Shown here one piece after another: positions 1 through 10,361 of a stretch of DNA of 64,000 nucleotides. The notes beneath the pieces are model-generated. The model was not told where the DNA came from. It worked only from the letters and a program-made list of their open reading frames with translations, and made no database searches. Origin of the DNA: a virus; IMG/VR virus record IMGVR_UViG_3300032883_000034, one strand, 5' to 3'. A program made the position numbers and the translations under genes. How positions within the stretch are numbered: the first letter of the stretch is position 1; each line of letters starts with the position of its first letter.

Positions 1-1563
1 AGCCTCTTCTGCACTTGGAATACCTTTTTCTTTCGTTATTTGCTTCATTGCATTAGCGAGATTGCCCCTTGCTTCCTGAAGATGTTTGTTAGCATCGTTG
101 AACTTGCCAAGGTCGCCTTGCGATGCGTACCCCTTCTGCCGTCCCTGCTGATGCCAGTCGCTCTGCAACTCTTCGATGTGTACAGATGGCCTGATATCGT
201 TAGCACCGTTCTCGCCACTTACCTCCCGCTCATTTGTGCGGCGGTGTACTAGGACGTTGGGTTCGTCCCAGTGGGAGGATTTGTACCCCGGATCGTGTTG
301 TATAATTTCGTGATAAGTGTTTGGGTCACGAACCCAGCGTTTGCTGTGCTCTAATTCAGCCTCTGCTTTTGTAGCAAATGTTTTTGGAGCTGACGGTGAT
401 GACAAAATACCACCAGTAGATGATACAGTATACTTAGATTGACTAAGCAGCGTCAGCAGCTTCTCGCGGTAGTTCTCGCCACCGGGCAGTTGATAGCCGT
501 GATATTTGGTAGCTGTTTGTTGAACTTCAGTTGGATTAAATCTTTCTAGTCTGTCCCTAGCAATTTCTATAGCTTCTTGTTCTGGAACATTTTCTGTAAC
601 ATTTGTTAAAAATTGACCTTCTGAGTTTCTAATTTCCCAATAACCGCCATCAGTTTTGATTGCATGGAGTGGCGCATCTTCATTAAATTTTCCTTTATTA
701 ACTTCACCCAACTCCACCTTGTTCTCTGCAAGATGCTGCTGGATTTCATCCTTGGTAACAGGACGGTCTTTATTACGTGCAAGGAAGTCGGACAGCTTGG
801 TATGCTCGATTTCTTCCGCCTTGACTCCCGGTTGGTTCTTGAGAGTGCCTTCCCAATCCTTGCCTTTCATGGAGTATTGCTTGGCGGTTTCGGCGGCCTT
901 CTCAAGAGCGGAATAAAACTTGGGGGCACCAGCCATTCCAGCCATTGCAATCTTGGTTGCGCCAGTACCCAAGGATTCTGGATTAAGGAAGGAAGCCACA
1001 TCTGCGGCTTGCTGCGCTCCGGGTCCGATACCACCGATTGTATCTATGGCGGCTTGAACTGGAGCCATCACGGGAAGTGCCGTGCCTATAACTTGCTGCC
1101 CCAGACCGCCAATCATTTTCAATGGGTTGCCGGAACGGATATTCTCTTCACCCTGCTTGCCGTAACCGTATGCTGCCTCCCTATTTTCAGCCAACGACTT
1201 GAGAAAGCGTTCATAGGCATTGGGCTTTAGGAATGCTCCAGTCGGGACAGGCTGTTCTCCGGTCGGCTCACCTTGAGGCCCTGAAATGGGCGGCAATGGA
1301 GGGGAAGAAGCTTCTTCCTTCACTGGTCTTATCGAAATACCCCCGGTTTTGTCTAAGACATCGGCAGGCTGGGTATAATCTGGTTCTTCGACTGCGCCAT
1401 CTGTGGCATATTTGCGAACGACACCGCCTTCCGCCTTCTTGCCGTACTTTCGTGCTGTAGACATCGCGGCGGCGATGGCCTGATCTCTGGGATGGCCAGC
1501 ATGGATCATTTCCCTGATATTCTGGGAAATTGCGGCCCTGCTACCTGATTTGATCAGAGGCAT
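1..1563 (-). CDS. Large virion-associated protein (polyvalent / internal-protein-like), first 521 codons; C-terminus lies beyond the left window edge
   Basis: Absent from the ORF track because no stop falls in the window. A hand check of + triplets 1-1563 found no TTA/CTA/TCA. ATG at 1563 overlaps the upstream stop (TAATG). N-terminus MPLIKSGSRAAISQNIREMIHAGHPRDQAIAAAMSTARKYGKKAEGG; later HWDEPNVLVHRR...IEELQSDWHQ block. Function inferred from size and position only. Confidence 0.6.
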   Translation of the reverse strand, partial: MPLIKSGSRAAISQNIREMIHAGHPRDQAIAAAMSTARKYGKKAEGGVVRKYATDGAVEEPDYTQPADVLDKTGGISIRPVKEEASSPPLPPISGPQGEPTGEQPVPTGAFLKPNAYERFLKSLAENREAAYGYGKQGEENIRSGNPLKMIGGLGQQVIGTALPVMAPVQAAIDTIGGIGPGAQQAADVASFLNPESLGTGATKIAMAGMAGAPKFYSALEKAAETAKQYSMKGKDWEGTLKNQPGVKAEEIEHTKLSDFLARNKDRPVTKDEIQQHLAENKVELGEVNKGKFNEDAPLHAIKTDGGYWEIRNSEGQFLTNVTENVPEQEAIEIARDRLERFNPTEVQQTATKYHGYQLPGGENYREKLLTLLSQSKYTVSSTGGILSSPSAPKTFATKAEAELEHSKRWVRDPNTYHEIIQHDPGYKSSHWDEPNVLVHRRTNEREVSGENGANDIRPSVHIEELQSDWHQQGRQKGYASQGDLGKFNDANKHLQEARGNLANAMKQITKEKGIPSAEEA

Positions 1564-2045
1564 TAGAACTTTCCGCCCGGTGACTGATTGATAAAGTAGA
1601 CGCTGACGATCTGGCCGCTGATGCTGCTTGGATTGATGGTTAATCCGTTGATAAACGGCATATTATATACCTGAATACCTGAAACTGGAATCTGCGCCAT
1701 ATAATTGGCCGCCGTCACGTTGGCTGGCGAGGCCGCGTCATAAATCTTGCCGATAGTGGCATAGGTACTGGTGGCTGTCGTATTAGTAATTACTGCAATG
1801 GAAACCAGATAATCCCGACCTGTACCCTGTACTCCGCCGCCTACCCCAACCGTGGTCCCGCCTGCGGAACTATAAGCGATATTCAGCGCCGAATTGTATG
1901 GTGCCTGTGATGGCAGGCAAAAGGCAAACTTGGTCAAAAAGGTGGAGAAATTCTGATTGGCAAGCTGAAGTGCCGTCTGGATACCAGACATGTCCACATT
2001 GGACTGTGGGGTAATACCGCTGCTGGAACTGGTCATGTCAGCCAT
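1563..2045 (-). CDS. Hypothetical virion protein (160 aa)
   Basis: ORF track. Start and stop overlap both neighbours by 1 nt. Lies in the structural operon; Ser/Thr/Gly-rich. Confidence 0.5.
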   Translation of the reverse strand: MADMTSSSSGITPQSNVDMSGIQTALQLANQNFSTFLTKFAFCLPSQAPYNSALNIAYSSAGGTTVGVGGGVQGTGRDYLVSIAVITNTTATSTYATIGKIYDAASPANVTAANYMAQIPVSGIQVYNMPFINGLTINPSSISGQIVSVYFINQSPGGKF

Positions 2046-4114
2046 CAGCGCCGCCCATCCACGCCATAGCGGTAACGGACATTACCGATGCGCCACCATG
2101 AAGTCGTATCGTTAGTTTCAATCTTCCATTTGGCCTGCCTGCCCCTGACGCGGGGGGTCAGGTAAGGCGTCGTACTGGTCATGGTCAGTTGCCCCGTAGT
2201 CATGGGACTGCCACCAGAGGGGTAATCTGTCGTTGTCAACGTCACCAACACGCTGGCGCTTGGAGTAGTTGCCAATCCGGCATTTGTCTGCCATTTCATG
2301 TCAGGCTCGAAATGGTCGATAACGGCAAAGTTTTCGCCATCTCCATAGGCAAAATAACCGGTTTCGAAGTACGAATCCATCTGAGCGCCGTCAGCGGAAT
2401 ATCCAGTTTCGTGCTGTTGCAGTAACGTGGTGGTCGGATCAGCGCCTATGGCGGGACCAAGAGCCGATCTTCCGGTCCATGCCGAACGCGGCATGACTCC
2501 TATATCCCACACTCCGGTAACGACATTAAGCTTTGCATAATTGTTGTTTTCTTCATTGTCGTTATCCAAGGTGGGATAGAAGAAGATGATTTCGTCAAAA
2601 TCTTCATTGGCTCCCGCCACCACCTTGTTGCCATCGTCAAGGTTAAGATTCTGAAAGACGGCATCCCATACCGAACACGGAATGGATTGAACACTGGACG
2701 CTCCGGATGTGTAATAGAAATTGCTATTGGACATCCAATAGACAACGCCGCGCATGGTGATAACGGCATGGGGACCAACAAGGCCGCACCCGGTACCAAT
2801 CTGGTTGAAGCCAAATACAAGAGGATATCCTAAGTACCCCATCGAATAGATATCTATATCAGTAATGACGAAGGCGTTGTGAGCGCCTTGGATGCAGCCA
2901 ACGATCTTTGATCCAGTACCGAGATGGAAGCTACCGGCCAAGGAAGTATAGCTCAACGTCCAGTTGGTAAAGTCGTTCTGGTTAGTCCATCGCACAATGA
3001 GAGGATCGGTGGATGAATCGCAGTTACCGGGAAGCAGGGTTTTTGCCGAACCCCATGCGACCAATATTTGCTGTGGCATGGCAACGAAGATTCCGGCATT
3101 CTGACTCGGACCTGTTCCAACAGGAACGGCATTGGAGAATCCCGTGGTTGGTGACCAGTAAAATACCGGCCCTCCCGCAGGACAGGCCAAAAGCGTTTCT
3201 CCCCAATTATCCATCGTCCAGTCTGATGCGGTAATCGGAACCCCAACTTGCCCTACAACGGTTGCGGTTAGAGCATATCCCTGACCGATGGCGAATTGTC
3301 CGATTGGACCCAATGCACCATAACTGACGGTGCTGGCCGGTCCATTGGAAATGTAATACAAATATTGCGGAAGACTGCTATTCATCGAAACCGTAGCAAT
3401 CGCATTAGCAGCCGTATTGGCTGAAATTGTAAATGTATTTGCGCCCGTTACAGTGACCGGGTACGAACCGAAAATAGTAACAATATCAACAATGGTAGGT
3501 ATCGGAAAATAAAAGTATTTTCCCGCAGTCAATCCATGATTGGCAAACGTAACCGTCACGGTGGACGTATTAGCTGCGGTAGTAAGCGATGGAACGGTAC
3601 CGCCACTGGCAACAGTAGCCGTAGCTATCTGTCCAGTAGCTATGCTATAACTGGTGCCCGACCCGCCAGCACTGACATTATAGAGTCCGCTAAGGATAAT
3701 TCCGCCTACCGTAATCGGCGTATTGAAATATACGGCATCGTATGCCGTAAGATTGCTGATATTGGTATCCACAATCGTAACAACGCCACTACCAATTGTG
3801 GTGCTGATATTCATGGCTGGGCTGGAAGTAAGGCTTTGCGGGGTAATATTCTGAGTCGCGGAGTTAACCATGACGATCAGGGATTGAACGTTCCCAGCCG
3901 CTAGCCAGATATTATTCCGTAAATCCACCCACGGGTGAAGACATTTGGTAATAGAACCCATCGAACCCGGAATGAAGCGTTGCCATCCGCCCATCTTTTC
4001 AGGCAGACCGCCACGAAAACGGATCAAATTAGACGCGCTAATACCAGCCGCATTCAGGGTCGGCGTAGCGATGGTGTTAACACCGGGAGTTACCTGAATG
4101 CTTGAAAAAGGCAT
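2045..4114 (-). CDS. Large virion structural protein (689 aa), tail tube/nozzle-class candidate
   Basis: Long ORF tightly packed after three adaptor-sized genes. Ser/Thr/Gly-rich beta-type composition. No catalytic motif recognised. Confidence 0.5.
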   Translation of the reverse strand: MPFSSIQVTPGVNTIATPTLNAAGISASNLIRFRGGLPEKMGGWQRFIPGSMGSITKCLHPWVDLRNNIWLAAGNVQSLIVMVNSATQNITPQSLTSSPAMNISTTIGSGVVTIVDTNISNLTAYDAVYFNTPITVGGIILSGLYNVSAGGSGTSYSIATGQIATATVASGGTVPSLTTAANTSTVTVTFANHGLTAGKYFYFPIPTIVDIVTIFGSYPVTVTGANTFTISANTAANAIATVSMNSSLPQYLYYISNGPASTVSYGALGPIGQFAIGQGYALTATVVGQVGVPITASDWTMDNWGETLLACPAGGPVFYWSPTTGFSNAVPVGTGPSQNAGIFVAMPQQILVAWGSAKTLLPGNCDSSTDPLIVRWTNQNDFTNWTLSYTSLAGSFHLGTGSKIVGCIQGAHNAFVITDIDIYSMGYLGYPLVFGFNQIGTGCGLVGPHAVITMRGVVYWMSNSNFYYTSGASSVQSIPCSVWDAVFQNLNLDDGNKVVAGANEDFDEIIFFYPTLDNDNEENNNYAKLNVVTGVWDIGVMPRSAWTGRSALGPAIGADPTTTLLQQHETGYSADGAQMDSYFETGYFAYGDGENFAVIDHFEPDMKWQTNAGLATTPSASVLVTLTTTDYPSGGSPMTTGQLTMTSTTPYLTPRVRGRQAKWKIETNDTTSWWRIGNVRYRYGVDGRR

Positions 4115-4115
4115 A

Positions 4116-4829
4116 TCAAACCCTTGATGGCGTAGTAATCGAAGCTGGACCCCAGCTCGTCCAGCCCGGACCCTTGAACCCAGCTCTCCACTGTTCGGTT
4201 TGCACCGACTTGACTGCGATCTGGTATTGCGCCTCCCAAGAAGTGCCGGATTTCGGATCGTCCGATTGAGCGCCGAAATTCTTTAAATAAGCCGTGCAAT
4301 AGACCATAGACGCAATAATCATCAGGTCTGGCACGTACTGTGTTAAGTACGTGCTTGAATTAGCGGACGATAGCGCGGCAGGACGCTGCTCTCCGATTAC
4401 CTCAACCACATAAGGCTTATCCGGAGGCGGACCTAACAGGATGTCCGTGTCCGAAGCCAATGCGTAATATTCCGGAATTCCTGTAACCGTCTGTCCTGAC
4501 GGGAAGGCGGTATCGATGAATTCGCGAGCAGTAGGAACCAACGGGACGCGGGTTCCTGCGGACGATAGAGTACCAGCGGGCGTTATGACATTGATGTTAT
4601 CGATGGTAATGAAGTAACCGATGTTCGTCGGAGGAGCAAAGTCACGAATGCCGGATGACAGAGTGGTGGAATCCGTAGTCTGGGTGCGGACGAAATCAAC
4701 CTCGCGATAGATACGATTTTCGGCATAGGCGATAATGCCCGGAAGTTGCGTATTGAAATTCGTATCTGCCGACGAGATCACCAACAAATTGGCTAGCTGG
4801 GTGACATAATCCGGGTAAATTATGCTCAT
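4116..4829 (-). CDS. Virion structural protein (237 aa), neck/adaptor candidate
   Basis: ORF track; ATGA coupling to the upstream gene. Position only. Confidence 0.45.
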   Translation of the reverse strand: MSIIYPDYVTQLANLLVISSADTNFNTQLPGIIAYAENRIYREVDFVRTQTTDSTTLSSGIRDFAPPTNIGYFITIDNINVITPAGTLSSAGTRVPLVPTAREFIDTAFPSGQTVTGIPEYYALASDTDILLGPPPDKPYVVEVIGEQRPAALSSANSSTYLTQYVPDLMIIASMVYCTAYLKNFGAQSDDPKSGTSWEAQYQIAVKSVQTEQWRAGFKGPGWTSWGPASITTPSRV

Positions 4830-5620
4830 ATCGGAACATCGCTTGTTTGTGCCACGTTGAATGATACCCCGGCGATAGCGACGGAGTTTAACTGATCTCC
4901 CAAAAACGCAATACGATGGAACTGGTTTTTAGAGCCGGTACATGCCCCGGAGATGGTTTCTCCAATCGTCCCAGCCGTAGTACCGCTGGATATCGTAGTC
5001 CATGCGGCATAGGCGGTGCCTCCCGTGGGAGAAGTCTGAACGACATATTGTGTGGCAACCTGACCCAAAAAGCTGCGGTCATTAGGCGCATAGGCGGTAA
5101 AGCTCAGGAGCGAATGGGTGATGACCGGAGTAGTCAGTGCCGATGGCACGGGCATTACAGTAACACCACCGCTCCAATTAACGCCCACATAATTATTGAA
5201 GCTGGAATTGGAGATAGTATTATTCGCGCACCTCCATGCCGGTTTATTGATGGAGCCATTAAATGCAGCAGCAACCCCGCCACCACCAGTAAGATTGCCA
5301 ATCTGATTACTATATTGAGGAAGAAAGGCATTTGGCGAAGCTCCAATTCCCGACATAGGATTGTCGGCCCCAACATAATCTTCCGGTCTTGCGTTCATGA
5401 TCGGAACAGGATCGGGCGGAAGAACAATAGTGCGGAGTTGTTCTTGTGATACGTCTAGGCATGACCGGCACACCAGTATCTTGATATTCTGAAGCGTAGG
5501 TCCGCGCCACGCAAATTGCCATTGCAGTTGGTTGTGATTATAAAGAAAGCCACAACGATCACATATCCCCAGTGCCGTGGGAGAATTTGGATTTATCGTT
5601 GCGTTGCCGTGTTCCCTCAT
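4826..5620 (-). CDS. Virion structural protein with N-terminal CxxC...CxxC zinc ribbon (264 aa)
   Basis: N-terminus ICDRCGFLYNHNQLQWQ...LVCRSCLDV, followed by a Ser/Thr/Gly-rich C-terminal domain. Translationally coupled on both sides. Confidence 0.5.
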   Translation of the reverse strand: MREHGNATINPNSPTALGICDRCGFLYNHNQLQWQFAWRGPTLQNIKILVCRSCLDVSQEQLRTIVLPPDPVPIMNARPEDYVGADNPMSGIGASPNAFLPQYSNQIGNLTGGGGVAAAFNGSINKPAWRCANNTISNSSFNNYVGVNWSGGVTVMPVPSALTTPVITHSLLSFTAYAPNDRSFLGQVATQYVVQTSPTGGTAYAAWTTISSGTTAGTIGETISGACTGSKNQFHRIAFLGDQLNSVAIAGVSFNVAQTSDVPI

Positions 5621-6321
5621 GGACGAAAGTATCCGCTTAATCCGGGAAGGATATTAAGGGCGACGTTCTCTGTATTTTGCGTTGCGGCAATTTGCCAAGC
5701 CTCGTCGGCATCGGCCTTTCTGATTTGCTCTAGCTCCGGTTTATAAATACGCGCCAGCCGGTGAGCGAGGCCAGCGGCCAAGGCATCCAGCCATAAGTAA
5801 GGCACTTCCACATTGGCGTTACCCGGCAAGGTGGCATCCTGAACCTGACGGACCCGATAATAGTAGACGGTATAGGGGCCGCTGCCATCCGGCGTTAAAT
5901 AGAAAGTTATGGTTGGAGATATCAGCCTGTCATACCAGAACTGCGTTGGCGATCCCTGCGCTGCCTTATTGGCAATAGAGGCGTACTCTGTCTGGCTCAA
6001 TGGAAAGATCAGCCGGTCAATCTTGCTGGTCCCGCTTCCTGTGCTGACATAAGCATTGGTAATCATCACCGTTTCAGCGGGCAGGGAATAAGAGGCCGTG
6101 CCTTGGGTAAGTGGCAAAGATTGAAGATCGACGGTCCACAGATTTGGTTGCAGGTTAGAAAAGCGGACCAGTAGATAATTCAACTCCTGAACCGCCTGTT
6201 GCAGATGGGAAACCAGAACTTCAGGAACCCTGACCTGAATCCGGGCAAAGGCATTCAAGATAATTTCGCCCGTGGAAGGAGCGAAGTTATATGATCCGCT
6301 ATAGACTTGGGGATTGAACAT
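5617..6321 (-). CDS. Virion structural protein (234 aa), head-tail adaptor candidate
   Basis: ORF track. Size and position at the head/tail boundary of the tail block. No motif-level proof. Confidence 0.4.
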   Translation of the reverse strand: MFNPQVYSGSYNFAPSTGEIILNAFARIQVRVPEVLVSHLQQAVQELNYLLVRFSNLQPNLWTVDLQSLPLTQGTASYSLPAETVMITNAYVSTGSGTSKIDRLIFPLSQTEYASIANKAAQGSPTQFWYDRLISPTITFYLTPDGSGPYTVYYYRVRQVQDATLPGNANVEVPYLWLDALAAGLAHRLARIYKPELEQIRKADADEAWQIAATQNTENVALNILPGLSGYFRP

Positions 6322-6325
6322 GAGA

Positions 6326-6868
6326 TTAGCCTATCTTCTCAAATCTTAAACCAGCAGCATGTTTTCTTTTCCCATTAATACATGAACTAATAGTAGATGG
6401 ATGTGCTCCAGTTTGTCGTGCGGCTTCTCTTAAACCATTATATATAATGCCAGTATCAAGACATTTTATCGGTTTTATTGGTCTGCGATGACCAGTTTGA
6501 TGTTTGGTTTTTTGCCAAGATATTTTCTGAGCTTCAGATACTTTTTTCTTAGATTCCTCTGAATGTTTTCTACCTATATTCCAAGTACAGCCAACAGCAT
6601 GTGAAACAAATTTCTCGCTATGTGCGAAGTTACATAAAGGATTAAAAGCTCTAATTAATTTTTGCTCCTCTTGCGATGCATCTCTTCTATTATCAAACCA
6701 ACAAAGAACGACAACTTTATATCCATTTGATGTAATGTCCTGCCAAACCTTAGGACGAAACGCCACTCTAAACGCCCGCTCTAAAGTTCCCATACCAATG
6801 TAGACGATTTGCTCGCCAACATAATGAGCGTAAACACAAATTCCGGGCTTAATTTCCATTTCGACCAC
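6326..6868 (-). CDS. GIY-YIG homing endonuclease with NUMOD3 and C-terminal HTH
   Basis: ICVYAHYVGEQIVYIGMG (GIY...YIG), downstream R/E/N pattern ...EEQKLIRAFNPLCN, and GRKHSEESKKKVSEAQK (NUMOD3-like). C-terminal GAHPSTISSCINGKRKHAAG. Visibly AT-rich compared with flanks. GTG start with GAGG upstream. Confidence 0.75.
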   Translation of the reverse strand: MVEMEIKPGICVYAHYVGEQIVYIGMGTLERAFRVAFRPKVWQDITSNGYKVVVLCWFDNRRDASQEEQKLIRAFNPLCNFAHSEKFVSHAVGCTWNIGRKHSEESKKKVSEAQKISWQKTKHQTGHRRPIKPIKCLDTGIIYNGLREAARQTGAHPSTISSCINGKRKHAAGLRFEKIG

Positions 6869-6877
6869 TTTGCTGCC

Positions 6878-7192
6878 TCAATAGGTAGAAGCTCGTTGAA
6901 GAACCCGGATTTGTCCGGTAGCCCAAGTTGTAGAACCCCCTCCAGCCGTAGCTACCCATGTTGCAAGACCCAAGGAAGCTAGGCTTGTGCCCCATATACC
7001 AGTGAAAAAGTTGTTGTTCTGGCTAAGGGTAACAGTATCCACAACCGAAGAACCTGATGTATTGGTGTAGGTTACGCTGATGGCCCCACTAAGAGGGACT
7101 GTTAAGGCTCCGGACGAAGTTAAGTATTCCACAACAAAAGCCGCAGAATTGCCATATTGAATATTAACTGGGCCACTATTGAAAGCTACCAA
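6878..7192 (-). CDS. Small Ser/Thr-rich virion protein (104 aa)
   Basis: ORF track; 1-nt gap to the upstream repeat-protein gene. Confidence 0.45.
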   Translation of the reverse strand: MVAFNSGPVNIQYGNSAAFVVEYLTSSGALTVPLSGAISVTYTNTSGSSVVDTVTLSQNNNFFTGIWGTSLASLGLATWVATAGGGSTTWATGQIRVLQRASTY

Positions 7193-7193
7193 G

Positions 7194-9209
7194 TCAGCTC
7201 TCCTTGAGCGATGTTGGAGAGTTTAACCCAAATTGCTCGGCAAGGGAAACGGGGGTTTGCCCGGAAGAAATCTCCTTGATGGAAACGCGGGCGCTGGCGA
7301 TAGCCCCGTAAGTGGACAGATAGATATTAGCTATATCACTGTTTATCTCGGTAGAAGCCCATACCACCGTAACATTTGGCTTGGGCAACAAGCGTGGGGG
7401 ATAGGCCAGCCATTGCTGTCCTTCTGGACGGAATCCCGGCCTGACGAGGCGAACGGGTTCCGACCATGGAAGAATGTAGGCCCAATCCGTTATCGGAATA
7501 ACGGCATTGGGAATCGGCAAGATATTGGCTGCATAGAACTGCTGAAGAGTAACAGACAGTCCCAGCTTGGTACGTACCGGTTCCGAAAACGCCTCAAACC
7601 ACGGGAATCTAGGAATGATGGGCAAGAGATTTGACGAATAGGTATGCTGGAGCGTCGGCAGCAATCCCGGCTTAAGCCGTACAGGCTCGGCCAGCGCCGA
7701 ATTCCAAGCCGCCATGCTGGGAATAATCGGCGTAAAATTGGATGAATAAGTATGCTGGAGAGTTGGCAGAAGTCCCGATTTGAGTCTAACCGGCTCTGCC
7801 AGAAGCCCATACCAAGACATGTTCTTGGACGGGTCAAAAGTAATAACGATGGCTGGGCCGGTATACGGAACTTGCTGGTAAGCCTGAAGGCCAAGCTTGA
7901 ACCGTACTGGCTCGTCAAAGGGCTTCAACCAAGAAGAAACCCTTACGTCGAATCTTGTTGGCTGAATAAAATCAGTCTCGGTAGTGGCTTGCTGGGAAGC
8001 CGCAGACAGACCGGATTTTGAGCGTACCGGCTCGTCAAACGCCTTCAGCCAAGATGAAACTCTTACGTCAAATAGAACTGACTGAATGAAGTCAGTTTCC
8101 GTAGTAGATTGCTGTAGGGCAGTCAAAAATGGTGAAGGCCTTAACCGCGTCGGCTCCGATAACGCCTCAAACCATGGATTTGCCGGAATAATGGGCAGAA
8201 AGTTAGACGTATAAAACTGTTGATGGCTGGCTAATAGCCCGGACTTGATTCTTACGGGTTCAGAAAGTGCCGTAACCCATGACGGCACCTTAACGTCAAA
8301 CAACACAGGCTGGATAAAGTCGGTTTCAGTTGCCGATTGCTGCTGGCTTGCCGCAAGCGCCGATTTCGACCTTACCGGTTCGTCAAATGGCTTTAACCAT
8401 GACGATACGGATACGTCATATAGCGAGGTCTGGATATTTACGAAGGCTAGGTCTTGATTAAGGCCGGTAGCCAGCCTTGGAGTAGTACGAACCGGCTCGG
8501 ACCAAGGTAGGATATATGCCCAATCGGTTATAGTAACGACCGGGGCAACCCAGTTTGAATCAACTTTAGACTGATACTGAAATCTGATTATTGCGGGAGG
8601 AGGACCGTCCCATGTAGTCGCAACCGCGCCGTTTACCGGAGTAACGGGCGTAGTAGAAGGGAAGATATTTAGAAATGCCTGCGCGTCCTGTTGCAGCGCA
8701 GTATTGATACGATTGAATCTTACCGGTTCAGACCAAGCGTAGTGCCATCTACTTTCATACTGGTTGATGATTTGTGTTTCATCATTCAGCGTAGGGGTCT
8801 GGTATGCCGGATGGTATTGAGCGCCCAATCCCGGCTTCTGTCGTACAGGCTCAGACCAAGCGTAGTGCCACTGGCTCTCGAATTTTGATCCCGGACCCGG
8901 AGAAGGAAGCGGGCCTGCAAACATGCCGGAAGCGGCAAGCGAAACGGCCAGCTTGGGATTAATGGATTGCCTGACCGGTTCAGACCAAGGCTGATGCCAG
9001 CGGCTTTCCAGTTTTTGGGTAATCTGAGTATCGGGATTAAGAACCGGAGCAAAAAGCCCCGATGAAGCGGCCAAGACTACTGCCGCTGCTACACTTACTT
9101 TCGGTCTGACAGGTTCAGCAAACGCTTGCTTAACCCAGCCAAATCCGGGAACGGAAGCAAGAAACCCAGAAGTCGGGTCCGTCTTTACCTGATATTGAAA
9201 GACGGTCAT
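7194..9209 (-). CDS. Virion repeat protein (671 aa) with about 14 copies of an x-EPVR motif; fibre/appendage candidate
   Basis: AFAEPVRPK, PWSEPVRQS, AWSEPVRQK, AWSEPVRFN, PWSEPVRTT, PFDEPVRSK, ALSEPVRIK, ALSEPTRLR, AFDEPVRSK, PFDEPVRFK, LLAEPVRLK, ALAEPVRLK, AFSEPVRTK, PWSEPVRLV, spaced about 40-50 aa apart. The repeats are also visible at DNA level around 7880-8460. Confidence 0.7.
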   Translation of the reverse strand: MTVFQYQVKTDPTSGFLASVPGFGWVKQAFAEPVRPKVSVAAAVVLAASSGLFAPVLNPDTQITQKLESRWHQPWSEPVRQSINPKLAVSLAASGMFAGPLPSPGPGSKFESQWHYAWSEPVRQKPGLGAQYHPAYQTPTLNDETQIINQYESRWHYAWSEPVRFNRINTALQQDAQAFLNIFPSTTPVTPVNGAVATTWDGPPPAIIRFQYQSKVDSNWVAPVVTITDWAYILPWSEPVRTTPRLATGLNQDLAFVNIQTSLYDVSVSSWLKPFDEPVRSKSALAASQQQSATETDFIQPVLFDVKVPSWVTALSEPVRIKSGLLASHQQFYTSNFLPIIPANPWFEALSEPTRLRPSPFLTALQQSTTETDFIQSVLFDVRVSSWLKAFDEPVRSKSGLSAASQQATTETDFIQPTRFDVRVSSWLKPFDEPVRFKLGLQAYQQVPYTGPAIVITFDPSKNMSWYGLLAEPVRLKSGLLPTLQHTYSSNFTPIIPSMAAWNSALAEPVRLKPGLLPTLQHTYSSNLLPIIPRFPWFEAFSEPVRTKLGLSVTLQQFYAANILPIPNAVIPITDWAYILPWSEPVRLVRPGFRPEGQQWLAYPPRLLPKPNVTVVWASTEINSDIANIYLSTYGAIASARVSIKEISSGQTPVSLAEQFGLNSPTSLKES

Positions 9210-9212
9210 GGC

Positions 9213-10361
9213 CTAGTACCCAATCACCTTGATAGGGCGGGTAATATCGCCAATCTGATCTTGAGATGCCATTTCAAAAAAGGTAGGAACATATTTTATG
9301 ACAATAAGGCCCTGAACTCCCGCCCCCGGCGAATTAATTTGACCAGCCCCGCCGCCGCCAGAACCCCAATTTCCACCTGTGGCACCACCGCCACCATTAT
9401 TACCACCAGCACCACCGCCGCCAGAGCCATGAGTAGAATCCCATTCCTTGCCAACACCGCCAGCGCCACCGGGGGCCGTTCCACCAGCACCGCCTATTGA
9501 GTTATCTCCAGCTCCACCGTTAGCACCAAGCGTGTTCGCTGTGCTGACGCCATTTACACCAGCGCCGCTTGAACCCCCGGCCCCAGCACCTCCAGCACCG
9601 CCAGAAGAACTACCTGTTTGTGACCCTCCAGTTCCTCCGTTTGATGAAAATGATGATCCGGGATTAAGTGTACCGCCGCCAGAGCCACCTATACATGCCG
9701 AAGCCAATCCTCCGACAGAGCCAGCCGGGGTTAAGCCTGTCGATGCACCTTTTGCGCCCACCGATGAAGCCGCAAAGGTTGCCGCATTAAACCAAGTATC
9801 TCCGGGGGTTACAATGTTTTCTGCGGTGGTTCCGGCACCTATCTGGTAGGTAGCACTCCCGCCTATTGTAAGGGCAAGAGCGGTGGCCTTGGCCCAAGCT
9901 CCGCCGCCACCGCCACCGTTGCCGACGCCGGTAGAATTGCCACCACCGCATCCTCCACCAAGACATTCAACTGAATTGCCCAACGTGGTAAAGTCTGATG
10001 GAACTGTATAGGTCTGGTTGCTGCCAGTGGGAGTGGTCAGGAAAGTATAAGCTGCGAATTCGTAGCCTACGCTCTCGCCAAGGCCGGGATACCAGTTGGG
10101 TGTTGGCAAATCCCATAGTGCTGGCTGGGTATGCAAGGAGCCGGTAAAGAGGGCAAACAGGAAAGCGTCGGCATCGTCCCTGTCGTCAAACCAGCCTTTC
10201 CAGACAATGTGACCGTCATCCAGCTTGGCAATAAGCCTGAAGCGGGTCTGGTTTTCTATGCCAAATACAGCTTGGCGCTGAGATGGCTGCCGCCATTCAC
10301 GCGCCGATACGGGCATCAACACCTTGGTTCTAGATACATTCCTGTCAGGAAGGATAAGCAT
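9213..10361 (-). CDS. Glycine-rich fibre-like virion protein (382 aa)
   Basis: Long GGxGG/GxGGxG tracts (GGGCGGGNSTGVGNGGGGGGAW, GGAGGAGAGGSSGAG, GGGGAGGNNGGGGATGGNWGSGGGGAG), ending GLIVIKYVP...KVIGY. Confidence 0.65.
   Translation of the reverse strand: MLILPDRNVSRTKVLMPVSAREWRQPSQRQAVFGIENQTRFRLIAKLDDGHIVWKGWFDDRDDADAFLFALFTGSLHTQPALWDLPTPNWYPGLGESVGYEFAAYTFLTTPTGSNQTYTVPSDFTTLGNSVECLGGGCGGGNSTGVGNGGGGGGAWAKATALALTIGGSATYQIGAGTTAENIVTPGDTWFNAATFAASSVGAKGASTGLTPAGSVGGLASACIGGSGGGTLNPGSSFSSNGGTGGSQTGSSSGGAGGAGAGGSSGAGVNGVSTANTLGANGGAGDNSIGGAGGTAPGGAGGVGKEWDSTHGSGGGGAGGNNGGGGATGGNWGSGGGGAGQINSPGAGVQGLIVIKYVPTFFEMASQDQIGDITRPIKVIGY

Noticed and set aside
9448-9849. Pro/Ala-rich + strand ORFs opposite the glycine-rich gene (also 9126-9500)
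   Set aside because: GGN codons read as NCC on the other strand. These are compositional shadows inside a tightly coupled minus operon.
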